A stretch of 64,000 nt of DNA from a virus (Duplodnaviria; Heunggongvirae; Uroviricota; Caudoviricetes), in the IMG/VR virus record IMGVR_UViG_3300046462_000479; one strand, 5' to 3'. Numbering within the stretch: the stretch's first letter is position 1; each line of letters opens with the position of its first letter. The notes beneath the pieces were generated by a model. That model worked only from the letters and a program-made list of their open reading frames with translations. It searched no databases and was not told the origin of the DNA. The position numbers were made by a program, and so were the translations under genes. Below, one piece after another: positions 43,901 to 52,549 of the stretch.

Positions 43901-45494
43901 GGTCGACGCGAATCGGTGACGCGACGAACACGGCCGTCGTGATGACGGCGGGCGGAGCGAGCCGAGAGAACGTCCGGCGCGGCCGCGTCCTGGCGACGGC
44001 GACGGCGACATTCTCGGCGATCGGCGACGAGACGACCGTCGGCCCGTATAGGACGCTCATCGCGAGCCGCGCCGACGTGTTCCGGGACGCGCCGACAGCC
44101 CCCGTCGTCAGCCACGTCTGGACGGTTTCGATCCGCTGCGACGGCGGCGCGTTGAATACCTGCGGTGGCGCGATGCCCGCTACGGTGCGGCGACGGACCC
44201 GCGTGACACGCGACGAGGAGACGGCGACGGTAGTGACACTGACCGGCTCGGGGAGCGGCGGCGGCTGCGCGAGCGTCCCAACGGGGAACAGGAGCGACTT
44301 CGGGGCGCGCCGCTGCGCCTGCGCCCGGAGCATCACTGCGACGTCGAACGCGACCCCTTGGTTGATGGTCTGCTGTTGCTGCGAGATGGGAGCTGCCAGG
44401 ATCAGAGGTGGCTTCGGCCCGAGGAACGGCGACCGGTAAACAACCGATGTCTGCGGGATGGATCCTCCGCTGAAGTTGTCGAGGTTTGCGCCAGTCGCGA
44501 AAACGCTCGTCCGGATGTACGGGTAGTAGACGTCGGGCAGGAACGTGGAGTCACTGACTGAGATAGCGAGGAGCCAGTCGGTCGGGGTGGCGCCGTTCTT
44601 CTTCACCCAGACGGTGAGGCGTGTCCCTTCGCGCCTGAGACGGTACGAGTTACCCGCTGCGACCCCGGCGGCAGTAGACCCGGTACCTAGAGTGCTCCCG
44701 GATCCTTTGACGACCTTTATGAGCGTGATGGCTCCTCCGGACTGGGCGAATTGAACGTCGTAGCCGTTCTGGTCGCTGGCGTTCGGTCCAGCCGGTTGCG
44801 CGTTGAGTCCGAGGTTGAAAAAAGAGGCGACGGGCGCCGTGACGGAGTCGACGGCGACCTCGCAATACGGGCCGAATGGTTCTGCCCGGACAGCGATGGT
44901 CGAGCCAGATGTCGAACAGGCCACGTTCGACGTGATCGTGATAGAGCCAGCGAATCCGAATACCGGAGTCACCCAGTCCGGCCCGAGCGCCGCCCTGTTG
45001 AAGTCGTCGATCAGCCCGGATATCGCCGTCGGGACGTCCGTGTACGCCTGAACGTCGACCCATCCCGGGAGCGGGAACCGGCGCTTCTCCGAGATACGCC
45101 GCGACTGACTAGCGAGCGCGACCGTGATCGTCTGCTGCCGTTGGGTCGGAAGCGGCGTTACGAGTTGCGGAGGCTTCGGACCGAGGAGCGGACTGCGAAG
45201 CTGAACGATCTGCGTTCCGCCATCCGACAGCGACGTAGCTCTAGTGAGGCCGCCGTCCCAGCCCTGTAACGGGAACCGGCGTGTCCGGCCGTGGCCACGG
45301 TCGAGACGGTCGACGGCGAGGTTGACGTCTAGCGTCGTAACGACCGGCGGATTCGACGCGTTGGTGACCTCGGCGGGAGTGTGCGGGCCGATGTTGCTGC
45401 CGGAACCGGCGCCGTAGGAAGTGCCGTCTCCCTGGTCGGCGAGTGCAGGTGTTACGAACGCCTGCTGCTGTATGCCGCGGCCTATGCGCGGCAT
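40953..45494 (-). CDS. giant repeat protein (1513 aa): ~330-aa lectin-like N-terminal domain plus ~22 tandem 30-45-aa repeats ending in (T/I)RPR(P/K)T
   Basis: Uninterrupted 4.5-kb ORF; repeated VRVPSVEQxEQTIRVxLVRTRPRPT units. Confidence 0.7.
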   Translation of the reverse strand: MPRIGRGIQQQAFVTPALADQGDGTSYGAGSGSNIGPHTPAEVTNASNPPVVTTLDVNLAVDRLDRGHGRTRRFPLQGWDGGLTRATSLSDGGTQIVQLRSPLLGPKPPQLVTPLPTQRQQTITVALASQSRRISEKRRFPLPGWVDVQAYTDVPTAISGLIDDFNRAALGPDWVTPVFGFAGSITITSNVACSTSGSTIAVRAEPFGPYCEVAVDSVTAPVASFFNLGLNAQPAGPNASDQNGYDVQFAQSGGAITLIKVVKGSGSTLGTGSTAAGVAAGNSYRLRREGTRLTVWVKKNGATPTDWLLAISVSDSTFLPDVYYPYIRTSVFATGANLDNFSGGSIPQTSVVYRSPFLGPKPPLILAAPISQQQQTINQGVAFDVAVMLRAQAQRRAPKSLLFPVGTLAQPPPLPEPVSVTTVAVSSSRVTRVRRRTVAGIAPPQVFNAPPSQRIETVQTWLTTGAVGASRNTSARLAMSVLYGPTVVSSPIAENVAVAVARTRPRRTFSRLAPPAVITTAVFVASPIRVDLVKTRPRPTTKTFTTALYLRPLAVVTTPGQLVVKTKLTRTRPRRTTATLFGFVPAATGFVAPLISVNLQDNRLRGFGRRHFPSSLLSPPTVLQTFQGPSVNLLSIDRFNRRHRRPPMSNLGPPFFYAQTSEILVGLAHARPRKTRTFLSPPTVLQIFQGPRTWLAHTRPRPTVHVLGEPQAVRVPSVEHREQTISVTLVRTRPRPTTKDLGQPQVINRAVYNGPLAPLVHTRPRPTRRFFQTTVVEPYLRAPDRRLEIVSELARIRPRHTVWLLAPPATLTPYSIELAEDTIRVDLVHTRPRHTLGTRLGYTVYPQTSEVVVAAVRTRPRETRYFLAPPQVVRVPSVEQAEQTIRVDLVRARPRPTTKTLGQPQALQVFAGPVEAEVAVRIPVEDRRRLPHSKLSPPAVVIPVGQIYYGPAVHLARIRPRPTVGTKLGYTVYSQTSRILVALTRIRPRPTVRRLAAVFYSQTSEIVVTLVHTRPRKTRAFLPPPTTLQEFFGPVETEVAVRIPLEDKRRPAHSFLRPPQVVRVPSVEQQEQTIRVDLVRTRPRPTVRRLQPPTIVAAPPQAPVKVATVRRVTRPAHSVLRPPTVVIPLPTQRMQTIQVALARIRPRPTRRTLGPLIFYPQTSSISVTRAFRTRLEAQRRAPRSFLAEPAVVAKAAFYGPFVWLTHTRPRPTVKTLGEPQVVRVPSVEQKLRTLAISLVRTRPRPTIHVLGEPTVVSTPPVETVVAVTLTHARPKPTSKTLGEPQTLRVFAGPSVHTVATRPRPTSRFLRIPTKVRVPSVEQAEQTIRVTLARIRPRPTSKVLGEPTVLQVFFGPLVRLVRIRPRPTVVRKIVQGAYRLPDRSQSTIRVVLNGRIQREAVRRGPHTRIFPPTTLAARRIAILVLTVVLVAVKDALRRNRRQPKYRIVPPTAVRAQNLYFKAGLPESGWATGRLTCVGADYTVCPPESGWATGRMSVDIQTDDTDQDWSAGKPL
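41290..44060 (-). repeat. in-frame tandem DNA repeats (~100-130-bp units) inside the giant gene
   Basis: Recurrent GGCCTCGGCCTG...GATCGTCTGC nucleotide blocks. Confidence 0.6.
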
Positions 45495-45796
45495 CGCGAC
45501 CTACCTAGAGGCGGTTCCCCTGGTCGAGCGGGTCCGGCGCGGACAGCGCGACGGACGCGGCGGACGGTGACGCGGCGGCGGACGCGGGGCCTCCGCGCGA
45601 GCCGTCCAGCGATCAGGCGAACGGTCGTGAGGATCGGCCGGAACCACCTGACCGTGATTCGTTGGAGCGTCCGCGGCTGCCGGACGAGTGCGACTCTGAG
45701 CGTCCGCATTTCTATCGGTGGGAGTGCCATCGGCGCGATGACGGCGGGTGGGGGAAGGGCGCAGTTGGCTCGCACGGCTAGAGGATACTCCGCGGC

Positions 45797-46366
45797 CTAA
45801 AGCATTCCGTAGAGGGTGGCGACGCTTCCAGCAACGAAGTTCGCTCCGCCCGCGGCGACGAGTTGGAGGTCGTTGATGGCGGCGGTGTTCCGCCAGAGGC
45901 CGGTGAGGAGGCCGATGAAGCAGTCGGCCAGCGTCGATGAGAGGTAGCAGGTGTTCCCGAACACGTTCTTGAAGTTGCCGACGGTCGCGTAGCCGGGGAC
46001 GACAAGCTCGCCTGTCCCGAACCGGTTCGCGGGGGACGCGCCACCGCCTTCGAGGACAGCCCACGCGGCCGTCTGCGCTACGCCGCCCGCACCGGACACC
46101 GCGCTCGTCCCTCCGGCGATCATCTCTTCGCGGTCGTAGTTCGCGCCCGAGTCGCCGTTGAAACGGATCAGCGTCTCGGACGCATTCGTGCTACCCCCGT
46201 CGTCGCGGAGGTAGGTGACGCAGCGGAGCGCCCGGAACGTCTGCGGGATGTTCGCGAACTCGATAGTCGGGGTGGCGACACTGATGACGCGCGAGTCGAT
46301 CTCGGTGAGCCCGGACAGGACAGTTGCGCCTGCCGCCGACCCAGGAGTGATGAACACGCTTGACAT
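45797..46366 (-). CDS. hypothetical structural protein (189 aa)
   Basis: ORF track. Confidence 0.5.
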   Translation of the reverse strand: MSSVFITPGSAAGATVLSGLTEIDSRVISVATPTIEFANIPQTFRALRCVTYLRDDGGSTNASETLIRFNGDSGANYDREEMIAGGTSAVSGAGGVAQTAAWAVLEGGGASPANRFGTGELVVPGYATVGNFKNVFGNTCYLSSTLADCFIGLLTGLWRNTAAINDLQLVAAGGANFVAGSVATLYGML

Positions 46367-46391
46367 GCGGGGAGAGTATCGCTGCTTACGG

Positions 46392-47273
46392 CTAGTGGCC
46401 GGGAGGGAGTAGGACCTGCATCGAACTCCACGGCATGTTGTTCGACAAGACCAGGCCGTTCGCGTTGCCGGGGTCGAGGGTGATGCCGAGCGACGACCAG
46501 TCGGCGTCGTTGACGGCTCCGCCAGCCCGGTCTGACCCGTGGATGGTCATGTTGCTGCCGCCGTCGCGGCAGAGCATCCCGTAGTTCTGGAGGGCACGGC
46601 AGACCATCTTCTCAAACAAGTTCAGGGTGAGCGTGTCAGGGTTGACGTTCGGGTTGAGGCGCATCCATGCGCCGAACGTGAGGCCGGTCCCTGCTCCTCC
46701 GAATGATGTGTTGGCCGGGTACGGGCATGGGGCCGGGCCGACGTTCGCCATGTTGAATACGAGGGCGTGGTTGATCTGGCCGGAGGCGACGTCGACGGCG
46801 CTGATGATGGCGCGGCCGAGCGGGAACCGGGCGGCGTTCGCGTTCCCGGGTTGCGGCTCCTGGTCGGCTCCGAGCGGGAACGAGACGCCGAACGCGCAGC
46901 CGGTGATCCGTTGCGTCCCGGAATCGTAGGTGACGCCGCTCATGTCGTGTTCGCGGCTGTGGATCGGGTCCTTGACGGTGAGGTGATGGTCGGTGGAGAC
47001 GCCGGGCTGGGTGCCGAGCGGGATGTAGAGGGTCGCGTCGAGGAACGCGCTTCCGGGGACGGCGTAGCCGGGCGAGTCGGATTGGGTGACGGCGGTCGCG
47101 ACGTCGGCCGCGAACGTAGCCTGGTTAGCGCCGACGCCTGCGGTGGCGACCCACGTGGAGACGAGCGACACGGTGTTGGGGTCGAGGGTGGCTCCTCGGG
47201 CGGACCAGGCCCATGGTCCGAACTGCGGCCCGGGCTGGAGCGCTGGCGGCGTGGGGAAGTGCGGTTGCCGCAT
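46392..47273 (-). CDS. structural-module protein, paralog of 48990..50024 (293 aa)
   Basis: Shared GPWAW...YIPLGTQPG..DHHLTV.DP.HSR...NANAARFPL blocks. Confidence 0.55.
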   Translation of the reverse strand: MRQPHFPTPPALQPGPQFGPWAWSARGATLDPNTVSLVSTWVATAGVGANQATFAADVATAVTQSDSPGYAVPGSAFLDATLYIPLGTQPGVSTDHHLTVKDPIHSREHDMSGVTYDSGTQRITGCAFGVSFPLGADQEPQPGNANAARFPLGRAIISAVDVASGQINHALVFNMANVGPAPCPYPANTSFGGAGTGLTFGAWMRLNPNVNPDTLTLNLFEKMVCRALQNYGMLCRDGGSNMTIHGSDRAGGAVNDADWSSLGITLDPGNANGLVLSNNMPWSSMQVLLPPGH

Positions 47274-48631
47274 CAGGTGAACGTCGGGACGAGGATGTCG
47301 TGGCGGGGAACCCAGAGCCGCCCCTTGCGCGCCCACTTGTCGCCCAGACAGTAGACGGAGGCCCGGTTCACGGCCTGGCCGATCACCTGGAGCGAGAACG
47401 GATCACTCCGATCTTGCGCCTCTTGCCCTTGGAACACGCCGGGGGCGTAGTCGACGTAGATCCCGATCGCGCAGCACATCGCGATACGCGTCGACGAAGT
47501 GACTTGGGTGATCCGGCAGACGGGCGCAGTCCCCTTCACCACTGATGGGAACTGCTGCCTCGCGCCGAACGAACACTTCCAGCCTGCGCCGTAGGTGCCT
47601 GCCGTGAAACCACTCCAAAATGCTCCCGACGTTCCGGTCGCGTTCAATGAAACGTTGGCGACGGTCGGGTTAGACACGATCCCGAACGTGCCCGCCTTCG
47701 CGCTCGTTGTGACGGGGGCTCCAGTGATAACGAACTCCCAGAGCGCCACGATGCCGTCCAGTGCTGCAATACCCGCGGCAGCGTAGGTAGTCATTGTTGC
47801 GTTGTAGTTGACGTTCGCGTTCGAGGTCGCATTACGGATCTGATGGAGACCGTTGCCGCCGGTCGTGTCCGCGATACCAGCAGGCGGCGCGTTATCGACC
47901 GCGTTGAACAATCCGGTCGCTCCTGCGTTGTCGCGCGTCCAGCCTGTCCCGACCGCACTGTCCGCGGTCGGGACGAGCAGCACAACTTTTCCTGGACCAC
48001 ACCAGCCTGTGTTAGCTGTCCCGGTCGAGTCGTTCAGGGCGATGTCGTCGATGTTGATGGTTTTGCTCGCGCCCGGGGCCTCCCACCAGCCCCACTGAAT
48101 GTTCGACGTTCTGGCTACGCTTCCGCTCCAGGTCGCCACGGTGATGCCGTCCAGGAGAAGCGTGGCGGACGTCCAGTTGCTGGTTGCCGTTGCTACGGCT
48201 TGTATCTCGACGCGGTGCCAGGTGCCGTCGTTCATAACTGCCGACGGTGAACCTTGCGCTGCCCCGCTGACGACCAGTTCTAAAGCGCCGTCGGTGCGGA
48301 GACGGGCTGCCGGATTGTTTCCCGCATTCGTCCCGAATCCGAACACCCTGGCCGCAGAGGACGGGGTCGCCGAGGTGAGCAGGTAGGCGCGGATAGAGTA
48401 GGTGACCCCATCGACGCCGAGGGTGTAGCCAGCCTGGCTGGGAAGGTTGTACCCGGTAGGGTTGTTGCCGACACCCGAGTCGGATTTGTATGAGGCGGCA
48501 CCGCTGCGGAACACCACAGTGTCTCGCGTCGCGCCGATTCCACTGTTTCCGTCAGGGCTGGCGTCGGCGAGTGGGCCTCCAGCGGGTACCGCGCCGTCAA
48601 CTTCGGCTCCTGCGTGCCAGAGTCGCGCCAA
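47273..48631 (-). CDS. lectin/ConA-like structural protein (452 aa)
   Basis: ORF track; beta-rich composition. Confidence 0.55.
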   Translation of the reverse strand: MARLWHAGAEVDGAVPAGGPLADASPDGNSGIGATRDTVVFRSGAASYKSDSGVGNNPTGYNLPSQAGYTLGVDGVTYSIRAYLLTSATPSSAARVFGFGTNAGNNPAARLRTDGALELVVSGAAQGSPSAVMNDGTWHRVEIQAVATATSNWTSATLLLDGITVATWSGSVARTSNIQWGWWEAPGASKTINIDDIALNDSTGTANTGWCGPGKVVLLVPTADSAVGTGWTRDNAGATGLFNAVDNAPPAGIADTTGGNGLHQIRNATSNANVNYNATMTTYAAAGIAALDGIVALWEFVITGAPVTTSAKAGTFGIVSNPTVANVSLNATGTSGAFWSGFTAGTYGAGWKCSFGARQQFPSVVKGTAPVCRITQVTSSTRIAMCCAIGIYVDYAPGVFQGQEAQDRSDPFSLQVIGQAVNRASVYCLGDKWARKGRLWVPRHDILVPTFT

Positions 48632-48635
48632 GGGT

Positions 48636-48980
48636 CTAGGTCGCCTGTTCTGTGGTTTCGATGATCAGTGGACCTTCGTAGCCTTGCGCCTGGTAGTCGT
48701 ACTTGTAGACCTCGACCGTGTAGGTGCCCGCTACGGGCGCGGACGCGGTGATCGTCCCGCACGTGTGAACACCCGCAACTGTCCATCTCTGCTCGGTCAG
48801 GTCGGGCGCAACAACGACAACGTCAAGGTAACGGCCTCCAAAGTTGCAGAGGGTGATGTCGAACGTTCCCCCGGCCACGGTCGGGTTGGGGCTAGTGGTG
48901 ACGGTCGCGTTCGTCGCGTCCGCGGACGCGACGACCACCGCGGCAACTAAAGCCGCGCAGATGAGCAGAAGCTTCTTCAC
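48636..48980 (-). CDS. small secreted Ig-like protein (signal peptide; 114 aa)
   Basis: MKKLLLICAALVAAVVVASA signal peptide. Confidence 0.55.
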   Translation of the reverse strand: MKKLLLICAALVAAVVVASADATNATVTTSPNPTVAGGTFDITLCNFGGRYLDVVVVAPDLTEQRWTVAGVHTCGTITASAPVAGTYTVEVYKYDYQAQGYEGPLIIETTEQAT

Positions 48981-48989
48981 GGTTCCTCC

Positions 48990-50024
48990 TTACGGGGACG
49001 GTGGCGTGAGGACCTGCATCCTCGACCAGGGGATCGGCCCGAGCTGACGCGCGTACGGGTAGGCGGGACTGTAGGCCGGGTTTGTGATCGGCAGCGTGAC
49101 GCCGACCGCTCCCCAGGAGGTCGCCTGGCCGCCCTGGTTGACGGCGTCGAGCGCGTAGATGGCGACGTTTGAGCCGAGGTCGCGGAGGAACATTCCGTAC
49201 TGCTGGAGCGCGTAACACATCAGCTTCTCGAGGGTCGGCAGGATGAGCGCGTCGACGTTGACGGTCGGGTCGAGGCGGAGCCAGGTTCCGAGGCCGAGGC
49301 CGGTGCCGCCGGGCGCCTGCCCGTTTGCTGGATACCGGGTCGGGCTTCCGACGTTCGCCATCGAGAACACGAGCGGATGCAGGATCGCGCCGCCCGCGAT
49401 GTCGGCGGGCGTGATCAGCCCCTCGATGAGCGGGAACCGGGCCGCGTTCGAGTTGCCGGGCGCGGGCTCCTGTACGGCTCCGGGAGCGAACGACGTGCCG
49501 CCCTGGCACGACCAGACCGATCCGTTGAAGCTGGCCTCCCAGAGGTCGGACTGGCGGCTGTGGACAGGGTCCTGGACGGTGAGGTGGTGGTCGCTGTTGT
49601 GGCCCGGCTGGGTGCCGACGGGGATGTAGACGGACGCGTCGAACGGGCCGCCGCCCGAGATGGCGTAGGCGGGCGAGCCGCCATCGGTGTCGGCGCGGGC
49701 GACGGACGCCTCGAAGTAGTAGCCGCCGCCGTTGGTGGCGAGCCATGTTGAGATCATCGCCGCCGAGTTCGGGTCTATGGCTGCCTGGGTCGCGTCCCAC
49801 GCCCACGGGCCGCTAGACGGCGGGGGCGGGACAGGCGCAGGTGCTGTCGGTGCAACCAGTTGACCGGCTTCGGCGCGTGCGGCGGCGATCAGCGTGAGCG
49901 CGTTCGCCCAATTCGTTCCCGGAGGAGGCGTCGTCCATTTCCGGTTGATGTAGCCGACCGTCGTCTGCTTCAAGGCTGCAACAGCCTGGTCGAGTTTTGC
50001 TTGAACGTCCTGCGGGGATGCCAT
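48990..50024 (-). CDS. structural-module protein, paralog of 46392..47273 (344 aa)
   Basis: See the paralog. Confidence 0.55.
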   Translation of the reverse strand: MASPQDVQAKLDQAVAALKQTTVGYINRKWTTPPPGTNWANALTLIAAARAEAGQLVAPTAPAPVPPPPSSGPWAWDATQAAIDPNSAAMISTWLATNGGGYYFEASVARADTDGGSPAYAISGGGPFDASVYIPVGTQPGHNSDHHLTVQDPVHSRQSDLWEASFNGSVWSCQGGTSFAPGAVQEPAPGNSNAARFPLIEGLITPADIAGGAILHPLVFSMANVGSPTRYPANGQAPGGTGLGLGTWLRLDPTVNVDALILPTLEKLMCYALQQYGMFLRDLGSNVAIYALDAVNQGGQATSWGAVGVTLPITNPAYSPAYPYARQLGPIPWSRMQVLTPPSP

Positions 50025-50767
50025 TACTCCTCATCTTCAGGTATCTCTGCTGTTTCTATCGCCACCTGGAAGCCGTCGGCGATCGTGAGCCCAGTCATCC
50101 ACCGGTCCTCCTTCTCCGACCAGGACGGCCACACTGTCGTGCCGACAAGATGGCCTAGCCGTGCTGCCGTGTCGACATGGATCTTGAAGCCAGCTTCGGT
50201 GGCGCGGATGCAGAAGTTGACGTCCTCGCTGATTCTTCGTCCTTGGCTGTCGCGTCCGAGTTCGAACCAGGGAGGGTCGATGGTCTCGATTACTGATCTG
50301 CGGATCAGCATCCCGGACGAGCCCGAGAACTGGACCTCGACCAGCTCGTCGGGACCGTACAGGCTGAGGTCCATGAAGTTGTCGTCGACGGTCGGGACGG
50401 GAAGGAACGGCTGCTGGCGGCGGAGGCAGAGCGGGGCAGCAATGTCGACATTGCGGGTGAGGAGCTGCACGAGTATGTCGGGCCGGAACGAGTGGTCATC
50501 GTCGATGAACCAGATCCATTCGCCGTGGATCTCCGCACATGCCTGATTGCGCAGCTCGGAGATGTCGGAACCGATCTTCGGCTTGACAACCGACCCGGCG
50601 GGGATCTGGAGTCCCATCAGGTTTAGCCAGAAGAGGGTGTAGCGGGCCGCCTCGTTGGCGAGCATGACGACGGTTCCAGGCTGGTTCTCCGGCTGGTTCA
50701 TCAGCACAGCCATCTCTTCCAATTGGTCGATCCTCATCAGCGTCCTTTCATGCGTGCATGTCGGCAA
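50024..50767 (-). CDS. putative GT-A-fold glycosyltransferase (DxD: WIWFIDDDH)
   Basis: DxD motif and EDVNFCI; paralogous to 50748..51440. Confidence 0.55.
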   Translation of the reverse strand: MPTCTHERTLMRIDQLEEMAVLMNQPENQPGTVVMLANEAARYTLFWLNLMGLQIPAGSVVKPKIGSDISELRNQACAEIHGEWIWFIDDDHSFRPDILVQLLTRNVDIAAPLCLRRQQPFLPVPTVDDNFMDLSLYGPDELVEVQFSGSSGMLIRRSVIETIDPPWFELGRDSQGRRISEDVNFCIRATEAGFKIHVDTAARLGHLVGTTVWPSWSEKEDRWMTGLTIADGFQVAIETAEIPEDEE

Positions 50768-51440
50768 AAACCCAGCCTGACTTGGGAGGAATCGTGAGCT
50801 GGTAGCCGCCCATCATCGAGAACCCGTAGGTCCAGCCGTCAGGCTCACGGACAGGCCAGACGCAGGACGTGCAGGAATGTCCGAGATACGCGTCCAGGTC
50901 ACACCAGATCCGGAGCCCGGCTTCGCGCGCCTTGATGCAGAAGTTCACGTCCTCTCCTACCCGGTTAGTGATGCCGGTCCCCGTCTCGAACCATGGTTCC
51001 GGAATGTCGTCCAGAACGCTCAGACGGATCAGCAGACCGGCGGCACCGGAAGCGGCCAGCTCGACCAGGCCTCCGTCCGGGTAGTCGTCCAGGTTCAGGC
51101 GGGCCGTCTCGCCGTCTCCTATGTCGATCCAGTTGACGGGACGGTAGGGCGGGTTCCGCATCAGACAGAGCGGGATAACGATGTCGAGGTCGTGGGCGAG
51201 CAGCTTCCGCAGCAGATCAGGAGACCAGACATGGTCGTCTCCCATCAGCCACACCCATTCCTTGCCTCTGTCCAGCGCCTCCTGCAGGAGCGCGTTCTGG
51301 CCGTCAGCGAGGTCCCAGCCGTACCTGAACTTCGTCTCCCACCCGTCCGGCATGTCCGTCTCCGCAAGCGACCCGGCAAAGGTGCTGAAGCGTGCGGACT
51401 CTTGCGCGATCACTCCGATCAGGCCGCCTGCAGGATGCAC
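50748..51440 (-). CDS. putative GT-A-fold glycosyltransferase (WVWLMGDDH)
   Basis: Paralog of the preceding gene. Confidence 0.55.
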   Translation of the reverse strand: MHPAGGLIGVIAQESARFSTFAGSLAETDMPDGWETKFRYGWDLADGQNALLQEALDRGKEWVWLMGDDHVWSPDLLRKLLAHDLDIVIPLCLMRNPPYRPVNWIDIGDGETARLNLDDYPDGGLVELAASGAAGLLIRLSVLDDIPEPWFETGTGITNRVGEDVNFCIKAREAGLRIWCDLDAYLGHSCTSCVWPVREPDGWTYGFSMMGGYQLTIPPKSGWVFADMHA

Positions 51441-51916
51441 GTCAGCCCCCCTTCGCTCAGGTCTCCGTGGACTCGTTCCATCCGCTCGGGGATATCGCTG
51501 TCAAAGAACTCGTAGCCGTAGTCGTGGATGACGGCGAGGCTGCCAACGTCGAGATACGGAGCAAACGTCGCAATCTCCCTAGGCTTATCGGGACCGTCGC
51601 AATGAAGAATTACGGGCGACAGATCAAAATCTCTAACGACATAGGGGATATTCTTCCAAATATCCATCTGGTTAAAGTATCCAGCAAGCCAATCTATCTC
51701 CGGGTCGGCAATGTCGTAGGTCTGAAAGATCATGTTTCTATGCCACGCCTGATCGGAAAGATAGAGAGCGAAGCCGCCGATTCCAGTCCCGAGTTCGATG
51801 ATCTGTTCGACCTCGGGGTGGAGGTTGAGGAGTTTCTCCCAGACGAGGTAGTCGTGCCACCACTGGTGCGCCTCAACGCCGCAGTAGCTGGTGGTCATCT
51901 CCTGGACGGAGATCAC
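51419..51916 (-). CDS. class I SAM-dependent methyltransferase-like (TylF/CmcI-like) protein
   Basis: IIELGTGIGGFALYL motif I; VILHCDG. Confidence 0.5.
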   Translation of the reverse strand: MISVQEMTTSYCGVEAHQWWHDYLVWEKLLNLHPEVEQIIELGTGIGGFALYLSDQAWHRNMIFQTYDIADPEIDWLAGYFNQMDIWKNIPYVVRDFDLSPVILHCDGPDKPREIATFAPYLDVGSLAVIHDYGYEFFDSDIPERMERVHGDLSEGGLTCILQAA

Positions 51917-52152
51917 TTGATCTGTTGCAGCAAGAGCGGGTACGGACCCCTGGCTTTAAGCCTGCCGTCGATCACATACTCGACCTCGTCTAGCGTGCCC
52001 CCGACACCGTTCGCTGTTGGGGGGTCCCACCAGTCCAGCAGCTTGCCTTCCGGGAGAGTGGCCGCAGCCACAATGGGGCTTCCTCCCAGGCAGCGGATCA
52101 CATGCTCGTGGGAGACCTTCTTCGGTTTGCTTGTGCGTTGCCTTGCCATCAT
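51913..52152 (-). CDS. hypothetical protein (79 aa)
   Basis: Internal ATG; ATGA overlap. Confidence 0.4.
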   Translation of the reverse strand: MMARQRTSKPKKVSHEHVIRCLGGSPIVAAATLPEGKLLDWWDPPTANGVGGTLDEVEYVIDGRLKARGPYPLLLQQIK

Positions 52153-52481
52153 TTCTCCTTCGGGATAGGCGGTCCGCTGTAGTCCCACCACAGCCGTTCG
52201 CCTTGGTGGCTGACTTCGAACATCCAGTCGATCCCGTGCTGGTTGGCACGCCGGACGATGTCTGCCAGACAAGAGCCGTCCCGCTGTCGGCCCGGACAGT
52301 CCACAGGACAATCGCAACCAATCTGCATGGTCCTGATACAAGGAGACGGCATCGCCTTGGACTCAACAGGAATCTCGTATCCGTCTTCGTCGACTGGCAG
52401 CTCCACGTCCCGGACGATCTGGCGGCGGCCGGTAAGACCGGCACCCATGATTTCTGGTATCTCGCTCATGGACGGCAGCAT
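52149..52481 (-). CDS. Cys-rich hypothetical protein (110 aa)
   Basis: ORF track. Confidence 0.45.
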   Translation of the reverse strand: MLPSMSEIPEIMGAGLTGRRQIVRDVELPVDEDGYEIPVESKAMPSPCIRTMQIGCDCPVDCPGRQRDGSCLADIVRRANQHGIDWMFEVSHQGERLWWDYSGPPIPKEK

Positions 52482-52549
52482 ACGCCTCCTTAACGACAGA
52501 GGGCCCCCGAAGGGGCCCTCTGAGGTAGCCAGTTCAACCGAGATCTATC

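Noticed and set aside
41075-43919. Alternative-frame ORFs (412 aa, 351 aa, 321 aa, 314 aa) inside the giant repeat gene
   Set aside because: Ser/Arg/Pro low-complexity frames. The 1513-aa frame is continuous over 4.5 kb with a more protein-like composition and conserved repeat ends.
41290-44060. Tandem DNA repeats as a CRISPR-like array
   Set aside because: The units are ~100-130 bp, imperfect, in frame and inside a continuous ORF, so they are coding repeats. There are no CRISPR-type short direct repeats with unique spacers and no cas genes.
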